Positions 46,489 through 56,728 of a stretch of DNA of 64,000 nucleotides are shown one piece after another; the stretch's first letter is position 1; the number at the start of each line of letters is the position of its first letter. The stretch is from Candidatus Dojkabacteria bacterium HGW-Dojkabacteria-1 (lineage in GTDB: Bacteria > Patescibacteriota > Dojkabacteria > SC72). The notes beneath the pieces were generated by a model. The model saw only the letters and a program-made list of their open reading frames with translations. It was not told the DNA's origin and ran no database searches. Position numbers and translations under genes: made by a program. The stretch is from positions 168,647 to 232,646 of the forward strand of contig PHAO01000001.1 of the NCBI GenBank assembly GCA_002840365.1, written 5' to 3'.

Positions 46489-47254
46489 TAGCAGATTATT
46501 ATCTAGCAATTTATTGTTGAAAAGGGAAGAGAAAAAGAAAAAGCCCTTATTTATACTCGGATCTGGACCTTCTTTGAGTAGTTGTGATGTTACAAAGTTA
46601 AAAAAATGCTATACAATGTCTTTCAATCGATCCTATATAGCTTTTGATGACTGGGGTTTTGAACCTACATATTTTGTTGGTTTAGACCATGTTGTGAATA
46701 ATGATAATAAAGAAGAGTATAAAAATCTTATTGATAACTCTAGTATCAAGAGATTTTTTTTCTCAGCAGATGAGATGTCTAGAAAATACCTTAAATCAAA
46801 GAAAACCTCAATTATTAAGATTAAGGAAGATACTCCGAAGGAACCGGATTTAAATTTTTTGGGAAAATTGGCAGTATCTAACTCAGGGTTATTTGGGCTG
46901 CAGGTTGCGATTGGTCTTTTGGGATTTAAAAAGATTTATTTGCTTGGTTGTGATGCAAATTACGAGGAAAAGGTCCAAGGTACTGAATTAGTAAATGGAC
47001 AGCTAGTGTCAAATAGTGATAATGATCCTAATCATTTTAGAAAAGATTACTACGGTAAGGGTACAACATACAACAAGCCAGGTGCTTTGACATGGCATCT
47101 ACCTGCATGGAGATGGTTTTATGATAAATATGTTAAGAGTAATAAAAATGGTCTTAAAGTATATAATTGTTCGAAGACTGGAAAATTACAATTTTTCGAC
47201 TTTAAGGATTTTGATGAAATTATAAATGAGATTTCTGATTATGAAGTTAAATAA
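46472..47254 (+). CDS. DUF115/GT42-like (sialyltransferase-fold, Maf/Cst-like) glycosyltransferase
   Basis: FILGSGPSL N-terminus and GLFGLQVAIGLLGFKKIYLLGCD parallel the Cst-II blocks (IIAGNGPSL; GVYMCAVAIALGYKEIYLSGID). Confidence 0.5.
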   Translation: MKKFLNSRLLSSNLLLKREEKKKKPLFILGSGPSLSSCDVTKLKKCYTMSFNRSYIAFDDWGFEPTYFVGLDHVVNNDNKEEYKNLIDNSSIKRFFFSADEMSRKYLKSKKTSIIKIKEDTPKEPDLNFLGKLAVSNSGLFGLQVAIGLLGFKKIYLLGCDANYEEKVQGTELVNGQLVSNSDNDPNHFRKDYYGKGTTYNKPGALTWHLPAWRWFYDKYVKSNKNGLKVYNCSKTGKLQFFDFKDFDEIINEISDYEVK

Positions 47255-47280
47255 ATATCTATTTATATAAGTGATTTATA

Positions 47281-49572
47281 ATGAATAGTCTCTTTCATCC
47301 AAAAGTTTCAATAGTAATCCCAGTTTACAACGGTAGTAACTATGTAAAAGAAGCTATAGACAGTGCTTTATCTCAAACCTATGACAATGTAGAGGTAATA
47401 GTAGTAAATGATGGTAGTACAGATGGAGGTAAGACAGATGAGATATGTAAGAGCTATGGAGATAGAATACGCTACTTCTTAAAAGAGAATGGAGGAGTAG
47501 CTAGTGCATTGAATATGGGAATAGGGAAGATGGAAGGAGAATATTTCTCATGGTTAAGTCATGATGATGTCTATTACCCAGAGAAGGTAGAGAGACAGAT
47601 AGAGGCTTTATCAAAGTTAAATAATAAGGAAACTGTTATCTATTCAAAATACGAAATTATAAATTCTTTTGGAGAAAAGATAGAAGATGCTAATTTCGAA
47701 AAAGGATATGACTTAGAATCTCTTAATAAACCGTTATTCCCTTTTTTTCATTTACTACTAAATGGTTGTACAATGCTTGTTCATAAAACACATTTTGAAA
47801 GAGTTGGAACTTTTAATAAAGATCTCCCTACAACACAAGACTATGATTTATGGTTTCGTATACTTAAAAATGCAGAGATACACTACGAAGGAAGTATAAT
47901 ATTGAAATCTAGGGCACACCCCGATCAAGAAAGTAGAGCAAACATAGATAAACATATAGAAGAATGCGATTTATTCTGGAGGAAGAGCGTAGAAAATACT
48001 CCTGATCAAATGAAAATCTCTTTGTCTGGTGATGTAATAGAGTTTTACAAAGATTTGTATAAATCATTTAAATCAAAAACTCTATACCATGGATTTATTC
48101 TGTATTTAAAAAGTAAAATACTCGATGAATATAGCAATCTATATAGAACGAGCAAATCGGAAGATATTCTAGAAAAAATATCTGAATACATATATGAAGA
48201 AAACCCCTCAATTCAACTCTTAGAAAATATTCTTAAAATTGATTTAAAAAGGAAACCTAGAATAGTGTTCTTTACAGGAAATTGGTATGACAGAGGAGGT
48301 ATGAATAGGGTTATATCTACTATTACTTCACTACTCTCAGAAAAGTACGATGTAGTTCTATGTACAGTAAAAGAGGGAGGAAATGAACAGGGATATAAAC
48401 TTGGAGAGAAAGTAAGGTACATTGAAATAGAAGAGTATGATTTCCCAATAATTCCAGAATTGCTTAGATTGCTTGATGCAGACATCTTTGTTGGTAGTAA
48501 TAATTGCTTTGTTCCACTTCTTAATCTTTATGAGAAGATAGAAAAACTTGGAACAAAAGTAATAATGTGGAATCATGAAAACTATTTCCTACCACTTTAT
48601 GATTTAGAATTAAAAGAAGTTAATAAAGTAAGAAAAGAAATATATCAAAAAGTATCTGCCGTTATTTGGTTATCGCATCTAAGTGCAATGGTATGCTCTG
48701 CATTCTCTAGCAATGTTTTTCATATTAATAATCCAGTATCTATAAATTCACCAATAAAGTTAAAAGAGAAAGGTAGAGTCATCAATTTATTATCTGTTGG
48801 TAGATTTAATTCAGAACAAAAACGTATTGATCGATTACTTGAAGTTTTTGTAAAAGTATTGAAGAAAAGCCCTAGCACTAAACTTTATATTGTTGGTCCT
48901 TACAATTTAAATATGAAAGTCCCAACTGGAGAGATTGTAAATGATTTGATAAAGAGGTTAGAAATACCAGAAAAGAATCTTGTGTTAACAGGAGAAGTAA
49001 AAGATATTGAAAAATACTATGAAGAAAGCTCTCTTAATCTTGTAACTTCTGAAAGAGAAGGTTTTGGATTGTCTGTGATAGAAGCAGCTACATTTGGAGT
49101 TCCTTCTGTAGTATTTGATGATGGTGGACCTGGAGAAATTGTTGATGATGGTGTAAATGGTTATGTAATTAAAGCAGGTGATATTAATTTAATGGCTGAA
49201 CAAGTTTTAGAGCTAATTAAAGATGAGAATAAATACAGGTCCTTTAGTAGAGCATCTTTGAAAATGGCTGAGAATTACAGTACTGAGAAAATACTTTCTA
49301 AGTGGGAGAGCTTAATAGAGAGGGTATTAAAATCAGAGGAAATTGAAGCAGAAACAGTAGATTTTAATGAAGAAACTAAAAAAATCGTCATGATGTATGA
49401 AAATGCAATTGAGAAGCAAATGGAAGATATTCAGAAAGGGATTCAAAGCTCTCTGTTATGGAGAATCACTAATCCTCTGAGAATAGTTAAGAGCAAGCTT
49501 ATGGTAGTTAAGAGGCAAGGGGTTTTACTTACAACAAAGAATTTAATTGTTAAACTAATGGAAAAACTGTAA
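47281..49572 (+). CDS. bifunctional glycosyltransferase: N-terminal GT2 plus C-terminal GT4
   Basis: VSIVIPVYNGSNYVKEAIDSALSQTYDNVEVIVVNDGSTD...HDD (GT2); EREGFGLSVIEAATFGVPSVVFDDGGPGEIV (GT4); 763 aa. Confidence 0.8.
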   Translation: MNSLFHPKVSIVIPVYNGSNYVKEAIDSALSQTYDNVEVIVVNDGSTDGGKTDEICKSYGDRIRYFLKENGGVASALNMGIGKMEGEYFSWLSHDDVYYPEKVERQIEALSKLNNKETVIYSKYEIINSFGEKIEDANFEKGYDLESLNKPLFPFFHLLLNGCTMLVHKTHFERVGTFNKDLPTTQDYDLWFRILKNAEIHYEGSIILKSRAHPDQESRANIDKHIEECDLFWRKSVENTPDQMKISLSGDVIEFYKDLYKSFKSKTLYHGFILYLKSKILDEYSNLYRTSKSEDILEKISEYIYEENPSIQLLENILKIDLKRKPRIVFFTGNWYDRGGMNRVISTITSLLSEKYDVVLCTVKEGGNEQGYKLGEKVRYIEIEEYDFPIIPELLRLLDADIFVGSNNCFVPLLNLYEKIEKLGTKVIMWNHENYFLPLYDLELKEVNKVRKEIYQKVSAVIWLSHLSAMVCSAFSSNVFHINNPVSINSPIKLKEKGRVINLLSVGRFNSEQKRIDRLLEVFVKVLKKSPSTKLYIVGPYNLNMKVPTGEIVNDLIKRLEIPEKNLVLTGEVKDIEKYYEESSLNLVTSEREGFGLSVIEAATFGVPSVVFDDGGPGEIVDDGVNGYVIKAGDINLMAEQVLELIKDENKYRSFSRASLKMAENYSTEKILSKWESLIERVLKSEEIEAETVDFNEETKKIVMMYENAIEKQMEDIQKGIQSSLLWRITNPLRIVKSKLMVVKRQGVLLTTKNLIVKLMEKL
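47296..47600 (+). repeat. copy A of a ~305-bp near-identical (~93-95%) direct repeat encoding the GT2 N-terminal module
   Basis: Aligned by eye with 49636-49940; long runs of identity (e.g. tcccagtttacaacggtagtaactatgtaaaag; aatgatggtagtacagatggaggtaagacagatgagatatg). Confidence 0.85.
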
Positions 49573-49620
49573 TTTCTGTGTGATATAATTCTATAAAATA
49601 CTTTTTATCTTCAATAATTA

Positions 49621-51420
49621 ATGTCTAATCAATTTCATCCTAAAGTCAGTATCGTAATCCCAGTTTACAACGGTAGTAACTATGTAAAAGAGGCTATAGA
49701 CAGTGCTCTTTCTCAAACCTATGACAATGTAGAAGTAATCGTAGTAAATGATGGTAGTACAGATGGAGGTAAGACAGATGAGATATGCAAGAGCTATGGA
49801 AAGAAGATACAATATTTTTTAAAAGAGAATGGAGGAGTGGCTAGTGCATTGAATATGGGAATAGAGAAGATGGAAGGAGAATATTTTTCATGGTTGAGTC
49901 ATGATGATGTCTATTATCCAGAGAAAGTAGAAAAACAGATTCAATATTTAAAGAAGTTAGGAAAAAAGAATGTAATTCTATATGCTGATTATGAATTAAT
50001 AGATCCTGATTCTAAATTCATCTCGAAAGTTATTCTTGACCATGAAATGTTAATTGAAAAACCTGAATATGCACTACTAAGAGGTTCTGTTAATGGAATT
50101 ACTTTATTAATACCTAAAGCAGCTTTTGATAAGCATGGAGAGTTCGATTTAGAACTTAAATGTACTCAAGATTATGATATGTGGAAGAGGTTCCTCAATG
50201 ATTATGAATTTGTTCATATGAAAGAAATATTCACTAAGACAAGAATACATCCGCTACAAGATTCAAACAAGCACCCCAATGTTACAACAGAGGGAAATCC
50301 TTTGTGGATAGAGATGATGGAGAGTATACCTAAAGAAAGAAAAGAAGAATTAGAGGGGAGTGAGTATAATTTTTATAGAGAGATGAAGAATTTTTTAATT
50401 GAGGGTTCTCCTTACGAAGAGGCAGCACTTTTTGCAGAGAAGAAATTGGAAAAGATTCTAAAAAATGCAAGAGATTCTCTCTCAGGAGAAAAGATTACTA
50501 TAATTATTCCGTTCTACAATAGAGTCTCTGCATTATTGAAGACAATAGACTCAGTTAAAAAACAATCTTATCAAAATCTAGAGGTATTGTTAATAAACGA
50601 TGGTTCAAAGGAAGATCTTTTGGCTGTTAAGAAGTCTGTAAAAGACGATAAAAGATTTAAGATATTAAGCTTAGAAAAAAATTCTGGTCCAGCAAAGGCA
50701 CGTAATTTAGGGATAGAAAAAGCATCTGGAGAATATTTGGCATTTCTTGATTCAGATGATGAATTTTTACCAGAGAAGATTAAGGAGCAGTATGTGCAAA
50801 TGGTTCTGACTGGTTGTGATGTAAGTCACACTTCGTATATTAGGAGAAATGGTAGAAGGGATGAGGTAAAGAATGTTGGGACTTTAAATGGGTTTGTAAT
50901 ACCCAAAATTATATCCAGCTGTCCAATAGCAACTCCTACTGTAATGATTAGAGTGGACTTTTTAAAAATTAACAAGTTTAGGTTTAGGGAAGATTTTAGG
51001 ATAGGTGAAGACACATGTTTCTGGTTAAATATCTTAAGAGAAACTAAACTTCTAGGAATTGAAAATCCATTGACTATTGTGAATGTTAATGAAAATAGTG
51101 CTGCGAATGATTCAAAGAAGCATTTACAAGGATTAACCAATATTCTAGGATATTTGTTAACAGATAAGGATTTCTCTCAATATCATGCTTACATATCAAA
51201 ACTTGCTGAGGCTTATATAGAAATAAGTAAAACTGTTTTATCCGGTGAGGAATCTGCATATATAAGGTCTGAGCGTCTTGCTTCCATGAATAAATTTAAA
51301 AAGATGATATATCTCTTTAGATACCAAGGTGTTATCTTGACAACTAAAAAGGTTTTAAGAAAATATGTCCCTAAGTTAGTAAATAAGATAAGGAATATAA
51401 TTGGTGGAAGCAAAGAATAA
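49621..51420 (+). CDS. tandem GT2-GT2 glycosyltransferase
   Basis: First GT2 is nearly identical to the N-terminus of 47281..49572. Second GT2 at ITIIIPFYNRVSALLKTIDSVKKQSYQNLEVLLINDGS...DSDD. Confidence 0.8.
   Translation: MSNQFHPKVSIVIPVYNGSNYVKEAIDSALSQTYDNVEVIVVNDGSTDGGKTDEICKSYGKKIQYFLKENGGVASALNMGIEKMEGEYFSWLSHDDVYYPEKVEKQIQYLKKLGKKNVILYADYELIDPDSKFISKVILDHEMLIEKPEYALLRGSVNGITLLIPKAAFDKHGEFDLELKCTQDYDMWKRFLNDYEFVHMKEIFTKTRIHPLQDSNKHPNVTTEGNPLWIEMMESIPKERKEELEGSEYNFYREMKNFLIEGSPYEEAALFAEKKLEKILKNARDSLSGEKITIIIPFYNRVSALLKTIDSVKKQSYQNLEVLLINDGSKEDLLAVKKSVKDDKRFKILSLEKNSGPAKARNLGIEKASGEYLAFLDSDDEFLPEKIKEQYVQMVLTGCDVSHTSYIRRNGRRDEVKNVGTLNGFVIPKIISSCPIATPTVMIRVDFLKINKFRFREDFRIGEDTCFWLNILRETKLLGIENPLTIVNVNENSAANDSKKHLQGLTNILGYLLTDKDFSQYHAYISKLAEAYIEISKTVLSGEESAYIRSERLASMNKFKKMIYLFRYQGVILTTKKVLRKYVPKLVNKIRNIIGGSKE
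49636..49940 (+). repeat. copy B of the GT2-module direct repeat
   Basis: See copy A. Confidence 0.85.
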
Positions 51421-52486
51421 TAGTAAAAACGAAATGATTCAGAAGTTGAGATTAATTGAACCTCTAGATGTTCCTAGGGAAAAGGAAGCAGTATTTCTTT
51501 TATTATCAAGTGATGCAAACTATGAAGCTCATTTATGGGTAAATATTGCTTCTTTAATTGAAAATGCAAAATCGGATAACAACTATTACATATATATCCT
51601 TGATGGAGGTATTCGTTATAAAGAAAATTTTTATGATTTAGTTAAAAAAGATAATCGCTTTCATATTGAATTTATAGATATGAGAGATCAATTTGTATTT
51701 GTATATGAGTCTAGGCATATAAGTAGGGCAGGATATTACCGTTTAGCAATATTTAGACTATTTAGGAATTTCCCAAAGATAATATATATAGATGCTGATT
51801 CTTATATATTAGGTGATGTTGCAGAGCTATATAACTTACCAATGGGAGAAAAATTAATAGCAGGTGCTCCTGATTCAATTACTTATGAAATTCCTTGGAG
51901 AGAGAAATATATTAGCTATCCTCACTATTCTGGTAAGGCAAAAGATTACTTTATAGAGTACCTTAAGCTCTCTAAGGAAAAGTTTAACAGTTATTTTAGC
52001 TCTGGTGTTCTAATGTTCAATTTAGAGAAAATAGATAAAAATGAAAAAAACAAATCATTAGAGAAATTGTTAAATAGAGAATTTTACTGCCTTGATCAAG
52101 ATGTTATGAATCTCCTTTTTTCTGCAGAAGAAACATACAAACTACCAAGAGAATGGAACTATTTTAATAGTGCACCTGTTTTAAAGGAAGAGGATTTCTT
52201 CGTTAAAGAGGAAAGGGATAACTACTTACATGGTAAAATTTCTCCAAAAATTATTTCATATGTTCTTAAACCTTGGGAGAAAGAGCATATTAATGCTCCA
52301 TATGCAGATGTATATTGGGAAAAAATAGAGAAATCACCTTATTATGAAGAAATACTAGAAATTTCAAAAAAGAATAATAAATTAGAAAGGTTTAAGAAAT
52401 TATCTCTACCTCAAAAAATAAAATTCCTTACTAGCAGAGAAGCTTTTGTAAAGTATAGAAGTATGGTAAGAAGTCTGTTAAAATGA
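51401..52486 (+). CDS. GT8-family glycosyltransferase
   Basis: YIDADSYILGDVAELYN (DxD) and the GT8 layout. Confidence 0.7.
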   Translation: MVEAKNNSKNEMIQKLRLIEPLDVPREKEAVFLLLSSDANYEAHLWVNIASLIENAKSDNNYYIYILDGGIRYKENFYDLVKKDNRFHIEFIDMRDQFVFVYESRHISRAGYYRLAIFRLFRNFPKIIYIDADSYILGDVAELYNLPMGEKLIAGAPDSITYEIPWREKYISYPHYSGKAKDYFIEYLKLSKEKFNSYFSSGVLMFNLEKIDKNEKNKSLEKLLNREFYCLDQDVMNLLFSAEETYKLPREWNYFNSAPVLKEEDFFVKEERDNYLHGKISPKIISYVLKPWEKEHINAPYADVYWEKIEKSPYYEEILEISKKNNKLERFKKLSLPQKIKFLTSREAFVKYRSMVRSLLK

Positions 52487-52522
52487 TTCGTCCTAGAAGA
52501 GCATAATATATGATAAGATGAT

Positions 52523-53293
52523 TTGAACATGTCGAACTATTTAGAATTACTCAAAGAATTTATTAAAACAGACTTCCAGCTTAGGTATAAAAACTCCTAT
52601 CTTGGTCTTATATGGATTGTATTGAAACCTCTTGCTCTTTTTGGTGTTATATACACAGTCTTTTCAAATATTATGTCTATGGATGATGACTATATGATGA
52701 GTCTTCTGTTGGGTATTATGTTTATCACTTTCTTTAGTGAAGGAGTTATGATGGGCTTGGGTTCCCTTATGGCAAAGTCTGGAATTATATTAAAGATAAA
52801 ATTTCCAAGAGAGATAGTAGTATTTAGTTCTGTTACAATTGCATTCATAGATTTCTTATTCAATATGATTGTATTTGCAATCTTTACAATCTTTACTCCA
52901 GTAGTAATAACATTACCAAGCATACTTTTATTTATAGCTGCTATCTTTTCTCTTTACTTTTTGATTATGGGTGCAGCTCTATTTCTTAGTGTAATTTTTA
53001 TTAAGCTACGTGATATCCATAATTTAATGCAAGTTGTTCTACAGCTTTTCTTTTGGGCTACACCAATTTACTATAAATTAGAAATGCTTCCAGAGAGATT
53101 ACAAAATATTATTTTATTAAATCCTCTCACAAGAATCCTAATTGCTGTAAGGCATGGTTTGATAACTGGTGGTGATGTTGGAGTCGAAGATTTCCTCAAA
53201 TTAGCTCCGATTTCACTTTTCTGTTTAATATTTTTATTGTTTGGAATTCTTTTCTTTAGAAATAGAGTTACTAAGATAGCTGAATACTTCTAA
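52523..53293 (+). CDS. wzm: ABC-2 type polysaccharide exporter permease
   Basis: FQLRYKNSYLGLIWIVLKPL entry motif plus 6 TM helices. Confidence 0.8.
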   Translation: MNMSNYLELLKEFIKTDFQLRYKNSYLGLIWIVLKPLALFGVIYTVFSNIMSMDDDYMMSLLLGIMFITFFSEGVMMGLGSLMAKSGIILKIKFPREIVVFSSVTIAFIDFLFNMIVFAIFTIFTPVVITLPSILLFIAAIFSLYFLIMGAALFLSVIFIKLRDIHNLMQVVLQLFFWATPIYYKLEMLPERLQNIILLNPLTRILIAVRHGLITGGDVGVEDFLKLAPISLFCLIFLLFGILFFRNRVTKIAEYF

Positions 53294-53294
53294 T

Positions 53295-54032
53295 ATGGAA
53301 CAAAAACCAATAATACAAGTTAGAAATTTGAAAAAATCATTCTTTTTACCACATCAAAGGCACGATTCATTGGTTGAATTCCTTTCAAACCCTTTAAGAA
53401 TATTTAAACCTGGAGGTGAGCAATTCACTGTTCTTAAAGATATTGATTTAGATATTCATCAGGGAGAATTTGTTGGAATAATGGGTAGAAATGGATCTGG
53501 TAAATCTACATTGCTTAAGATTATGGCAGGAATATATACACCTACGAGTGGCTCTGTGAAAGTAACAGGTAAAATGGTTCCTTTCCTAGAACTCGGTGTT
53601 GGTTTTAATCCTGAGTTAACAGGTAGAGAGAATATATATCTTAATGGAATTATTCTTGGTATGCCTAAAGATTTCCTAAAGAAGAAGTATGAAGAGATTG
53701 TAGAATTTTCTGAATTAGAGAAATTTATGGATATGCCTTTAAAGAACTACTCTTCAGGTATGCAAGTAAGGTTAGCATTCTCTATTGCTATCATGGCTGA
53801 TGCTGATATTTATATATTAGATGAGGTATTAGCTGTTGGTGATTTAGCATTCCAAAAGAAGTGTTTTGATGTTTTTAGGAACTATAAAGAGCAGAAGAAA
53901 ACTGTTGTATTAGTTACACATGCCCCTGGATCAGTTAGAGATTTTTGTGATAGGGCAGTATTTCTAAAGGATGGTGTGTTGCAGATAAATGGGTCTGTAG
54001 AGGAAGTTATAAAGGCTTATGAACAAGGGTAA
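53295..54032 (+). CDS. wzt: ABC polysaccharide exporter ATP-binding protein
   Basis: Walker A GRNGSGKST, signature YSSGMQVRLAF, Walker B ILDEVLAVGD; 245 aa (no C-terminal carbohydrate-binding domain). Confidence 0.85.
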   Translation: MEQKPIIQVRNLKKSFFLPHQRHDSLVEFLSNPLRIFKPGGEQFTVLKDIDLDIHQGEFVGIMGRNGSGKSTLLKIMAGIYTPTSGSVKVTGKMVPFLELGVGFNPELTGRENIYLNGIILGMPKDFLKKKYEEIVEFSELEKFMDMPLKNYSSGMQVRLAFSIAIMADADIYILDEVLAVGDLAFQKKCFDVFRNYKEQKKTVVLVTHAPGSVRDFCDRAVFLKDGVLQINGSVEEVIKAYEQG

Positions 54033-54036
54033 TACT

Positions 54037-56019
54037 TTACTCTCTTTGGATGCTTAATAATTTCAGATTTCCATTCTTATCTTTTGTTACTTGATAAAGA
54101 GAATCATCCCTGATCTCATCAAAAAATTGTCCATAAAGATTTATGAAATTTTCATCATGTTCGAAGATATATACTAATTCATAGTTTTCCAATACGTACT
54201 TTTCCCAATCTTCTGGACTAATAATTTTGGTCCAAGGGTACTCGGGGTAATAATGTTGAGTTGACACAGAATAGTCCGTAATCCATTCCATTTCTGTTGG
54301 TATAAGATTATAAATTGTCACTAATTTTACGAATCCCTTGTCTGCCTGTGCAATAATATAAAGTTCTCCTTCTTTTTCCTCCGGTATATATTTTGTCCAA
54401 CTGATTATTCCGCCGTAGTCTTCGCGCGTAGCAATTGATGAATGTACTGATTCTCTTGCGTTCAAAAAATGCGTATTTATACTCCCTCTTGTATTAAATA
54501 TCAAAAGGAAATAAAGAGAGAAGGTTAGAAAATATTTAATAATGGTCGAGGATTCCTTTAAAAATGGGGAGAATCGATTTTGATCTAATTCGTCTTTCGG
54601 TTCAAGAATAATGAATATTGAGTATGCAAAAAAGATCCCTACAAAATAGGACATTATATATCTTCCAAAACTCGCCAAGGTAAGAGCTTCGTATTCTGTG
54701 AAGATAAACAAATAAGTTATGAGGATAACGAAAACAACAGACAGACTTCCAAGGGTCAAAACTATAAAATTGACAATTATTCTTTTAATATTAAGATCCT
54801 TTTTTGTGTACAACAATGAGAGAGCAATTGAAACAATAATTGTTCCGATGAATAAATGTATATAGGAGAAATAAAAAGAGAAAATAGGCTTGTTTATAAG
54901 CGCATCTTGGACTGTATTAATAATATTTAATTGAGACGATTGTAAATTCCCATTTATCATCTGAACAATATTTTCAGAGACGAGTTGTAGACCCTTTGTT
55001 ACAACAGTTTCTCCTGCATCTGTATTTGTAAAACGAATATTTAATTTCCAAAAGAGTGTAATGAGAAAAGTCACAAGAACGGGTGAAAATAAGAGTAGCA
55101 AGAGCTTAGATTTCTGAAGAGAAGATTTTCTCCCAGCGAAGAAGATCCTAAGATAATCTTTCTTAAAAAGTAAGAAATCTACGGAGAAAAGAGAAATTAG
55201 AACTACAGAGTATACAAAGCCCATGTCTTTAACTAAGGTTAAAACAGAAATTGTTGCTAAAACTATTATTACTCCGAAAAGAGAATTTTCATATTTGTAA
55301 TAGTGATAATATATAAATGCTGCACCAAAGAGCAACCCAATTATACAATCGACATATAAAGAGCTATAGAAATTACCTTCCATTAAAAGAGGAATTAATA
55401 TTGCTGTGAATAGGAACAAGATATTTCGAAAGTTATATTTTTTAATAAAAGAGCATATTATTGAGAAGTACAAAATATTTGAAGCAAGATATGCAGGATA
55501 TTCTGTATACTGTGCAAACGGTCTCATCCAAAAATATTGAAATAGGGATGACCCTTCAAGATATGTTTGGACTACATGCCCACTTGTTTCCTTGAATGTA
55601 CCTAATGCATCTAAGTTATACATATTTTTTAAGATAGAGCCCCAATGGCTAAACTCATCCCAACTTATAAACATTCTTCTGTAATTAAGAAAAAGTGAAA
55701 GACTGAAAAAGAGAGCTAATATTATGAGACCTTGTATTAGCCAGATGTCTTTGATAATTGCTCTATTTCTTAGATATTTTTTAATAGAATAAATTAAGGA
55801 GAAAAGAGAGAATGAAAGGAGAATCGAGTACCCTAATATTAATGAACCTTTGAAATTTAACAAACCTGTTAAAAATAATACTACTATTACTGTTGCAGTT
55901 GAAAGAAAATATGTTTCTGTAATTCTTTTCTTAAATAGTATCGCGTAAAAGAGAGCTATTAATACAAAAGATAGGCCTGGAATAATTAATGGAACTAGAG
56001 TATATATATAATTACTCAT
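54037..56019 (-). CDS. large polytopic membrane protein (~15 TM), hypothetical; possible GT-C-type glycosyltransferase or polymerase
   Basis: 660 aa; hydrophobicity only; location inside the glycan locus. Confidence 0.5.
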   Translation of the reverse strand: MSNYIYTLVPLIIPGLSFVLIALFYAILFKKRITETYFLSTATVIVVLFLTGLLNFKGSLILGYSILLSFSLFSLIYSIKKYLRNRAIIKDIWLIQGLIILALFFSLSLFLNYRRMFISWDEFSHWGSILKNMYNLDALGTFKETSGHVVQTYLEGSSLFQYFWMRPFAQYTEYPAYLASNILYFSIICSFIKKYNFRNILFLFTAILIPLLMEGNFYSSLYVDCIIGLLFGAAFIYYHYYKYENSLFGVIIVLATISVLTLVKDMGFVYSVVLISLFSVDFLLFKKDYLRIFFAGRKSSLQKSKLLLLLFSPVLVTFLITLFWKLNIRFTNTDAGETVVTKGLQLVSENIVQMINGNLQSSQLNIINTVQDALINKPIFSFYFSYIHLFIGTIIVSIALSLLYTKKDLNIKRIIVNFIVLTLGSLSVVFVILITYLFIFTEYEALTLASFGRYIMSYFVGIFFAYSIFIILEPKDELDQNRFSPFLKESSTIIKYFLTFSLYFLLIFNTRGSINTHFLNARESVHSSIATREDYGGIISWTKYIPEEKEGELYIIAQADKGFVKLVTIYNLIPTEMEWITDYSVSTQHYYPEYPWTKIISPEDWEKYVLENYELVYIFEHDENFINLYGQFFDEIRDDSLYQVTKDKNGNLKLLSIQRE

Positions 56020-56728
56020 TAACAGTTTTTTTAAATATTAACGTTCTGTATGTTTTTGCTACAATCGTGTATTGTTTCTTTTTTAAGAAAAGATATATAG
56101 GATTTTTGATTATACTCTCTATATCATCTCCAATACTTTCTACAAGTATATAGCTCGGAAGATATTTCCCCCAATCATTAGATTTTAAAACCATTAAATC
56201 CAAACCTTCTACATCTATACTCATGAAATCAATTTTTTGATTCTCAGGTAAGTATTCATCTAATATCTTTGATAGAGGGGATGTTTTTATCTTCCTCTCT
56301 TCCAATATCTCAAAATTAGAATTTTCATCTCTCTCTTTTGACAAATCCTTCGAAAAACCATTTAAAGCAAAATCATCAAACATGTAGTATGTCATTTCTC
56401 CTTCCTTTCCTGATACTCCCACTTCTAGATTAATATCCCTAGGTCTTTTTCGATTGAAAGCTTTCATAGAATCAGGCATTGCGTCGAGATTGAGACCTCT
56501 CCAACCTCTTTTGTAAAACATATATGTATTAGAAAATCTCATTGGATGATGTGCACCTATATCTACATAAAAACCATCTGTTTGGGTTGGAAAGAATTCA
56601 CTAAGAATAATGTCCTCACCTTCTTGTGAATATATCTTTGTTGCAAAGCCGCCTATAAATTCCTTCTTAAGCATATATAGCTTAAGAGCGAGTTTTTTCC
56701 CCAGGATCTTTTTTATTAATTCTTTCAT
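56012..56728 (-). CDS. FkbM-family methyltransferase
   Basis: FMSIDVEGLDLMVL hallmark; VDIGAHH SAM-binding region. Confidence 0.7.
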   Translation of the reverse strand: MKELIKKILGKKLALKLYMLKKEFIGGFATKIYSQEGEDIILSEFFPTQTDGFYVDIGAHHPMRFSNTYMFYKRGWRGLNLDAMPDSMKAFNRKRPRDINLEVGVSGKEGEMTYYMFDDFALNGFSKDLSKERDENSNFEILEERKIKTSPLSKILDEYLPENQKIDFMSIDVEGLDLMVLKSNDWGKYLPSYILVESIGDDIESIIKNPIYLFLKKKQYTIVAKTYRTLIFKKTVNE

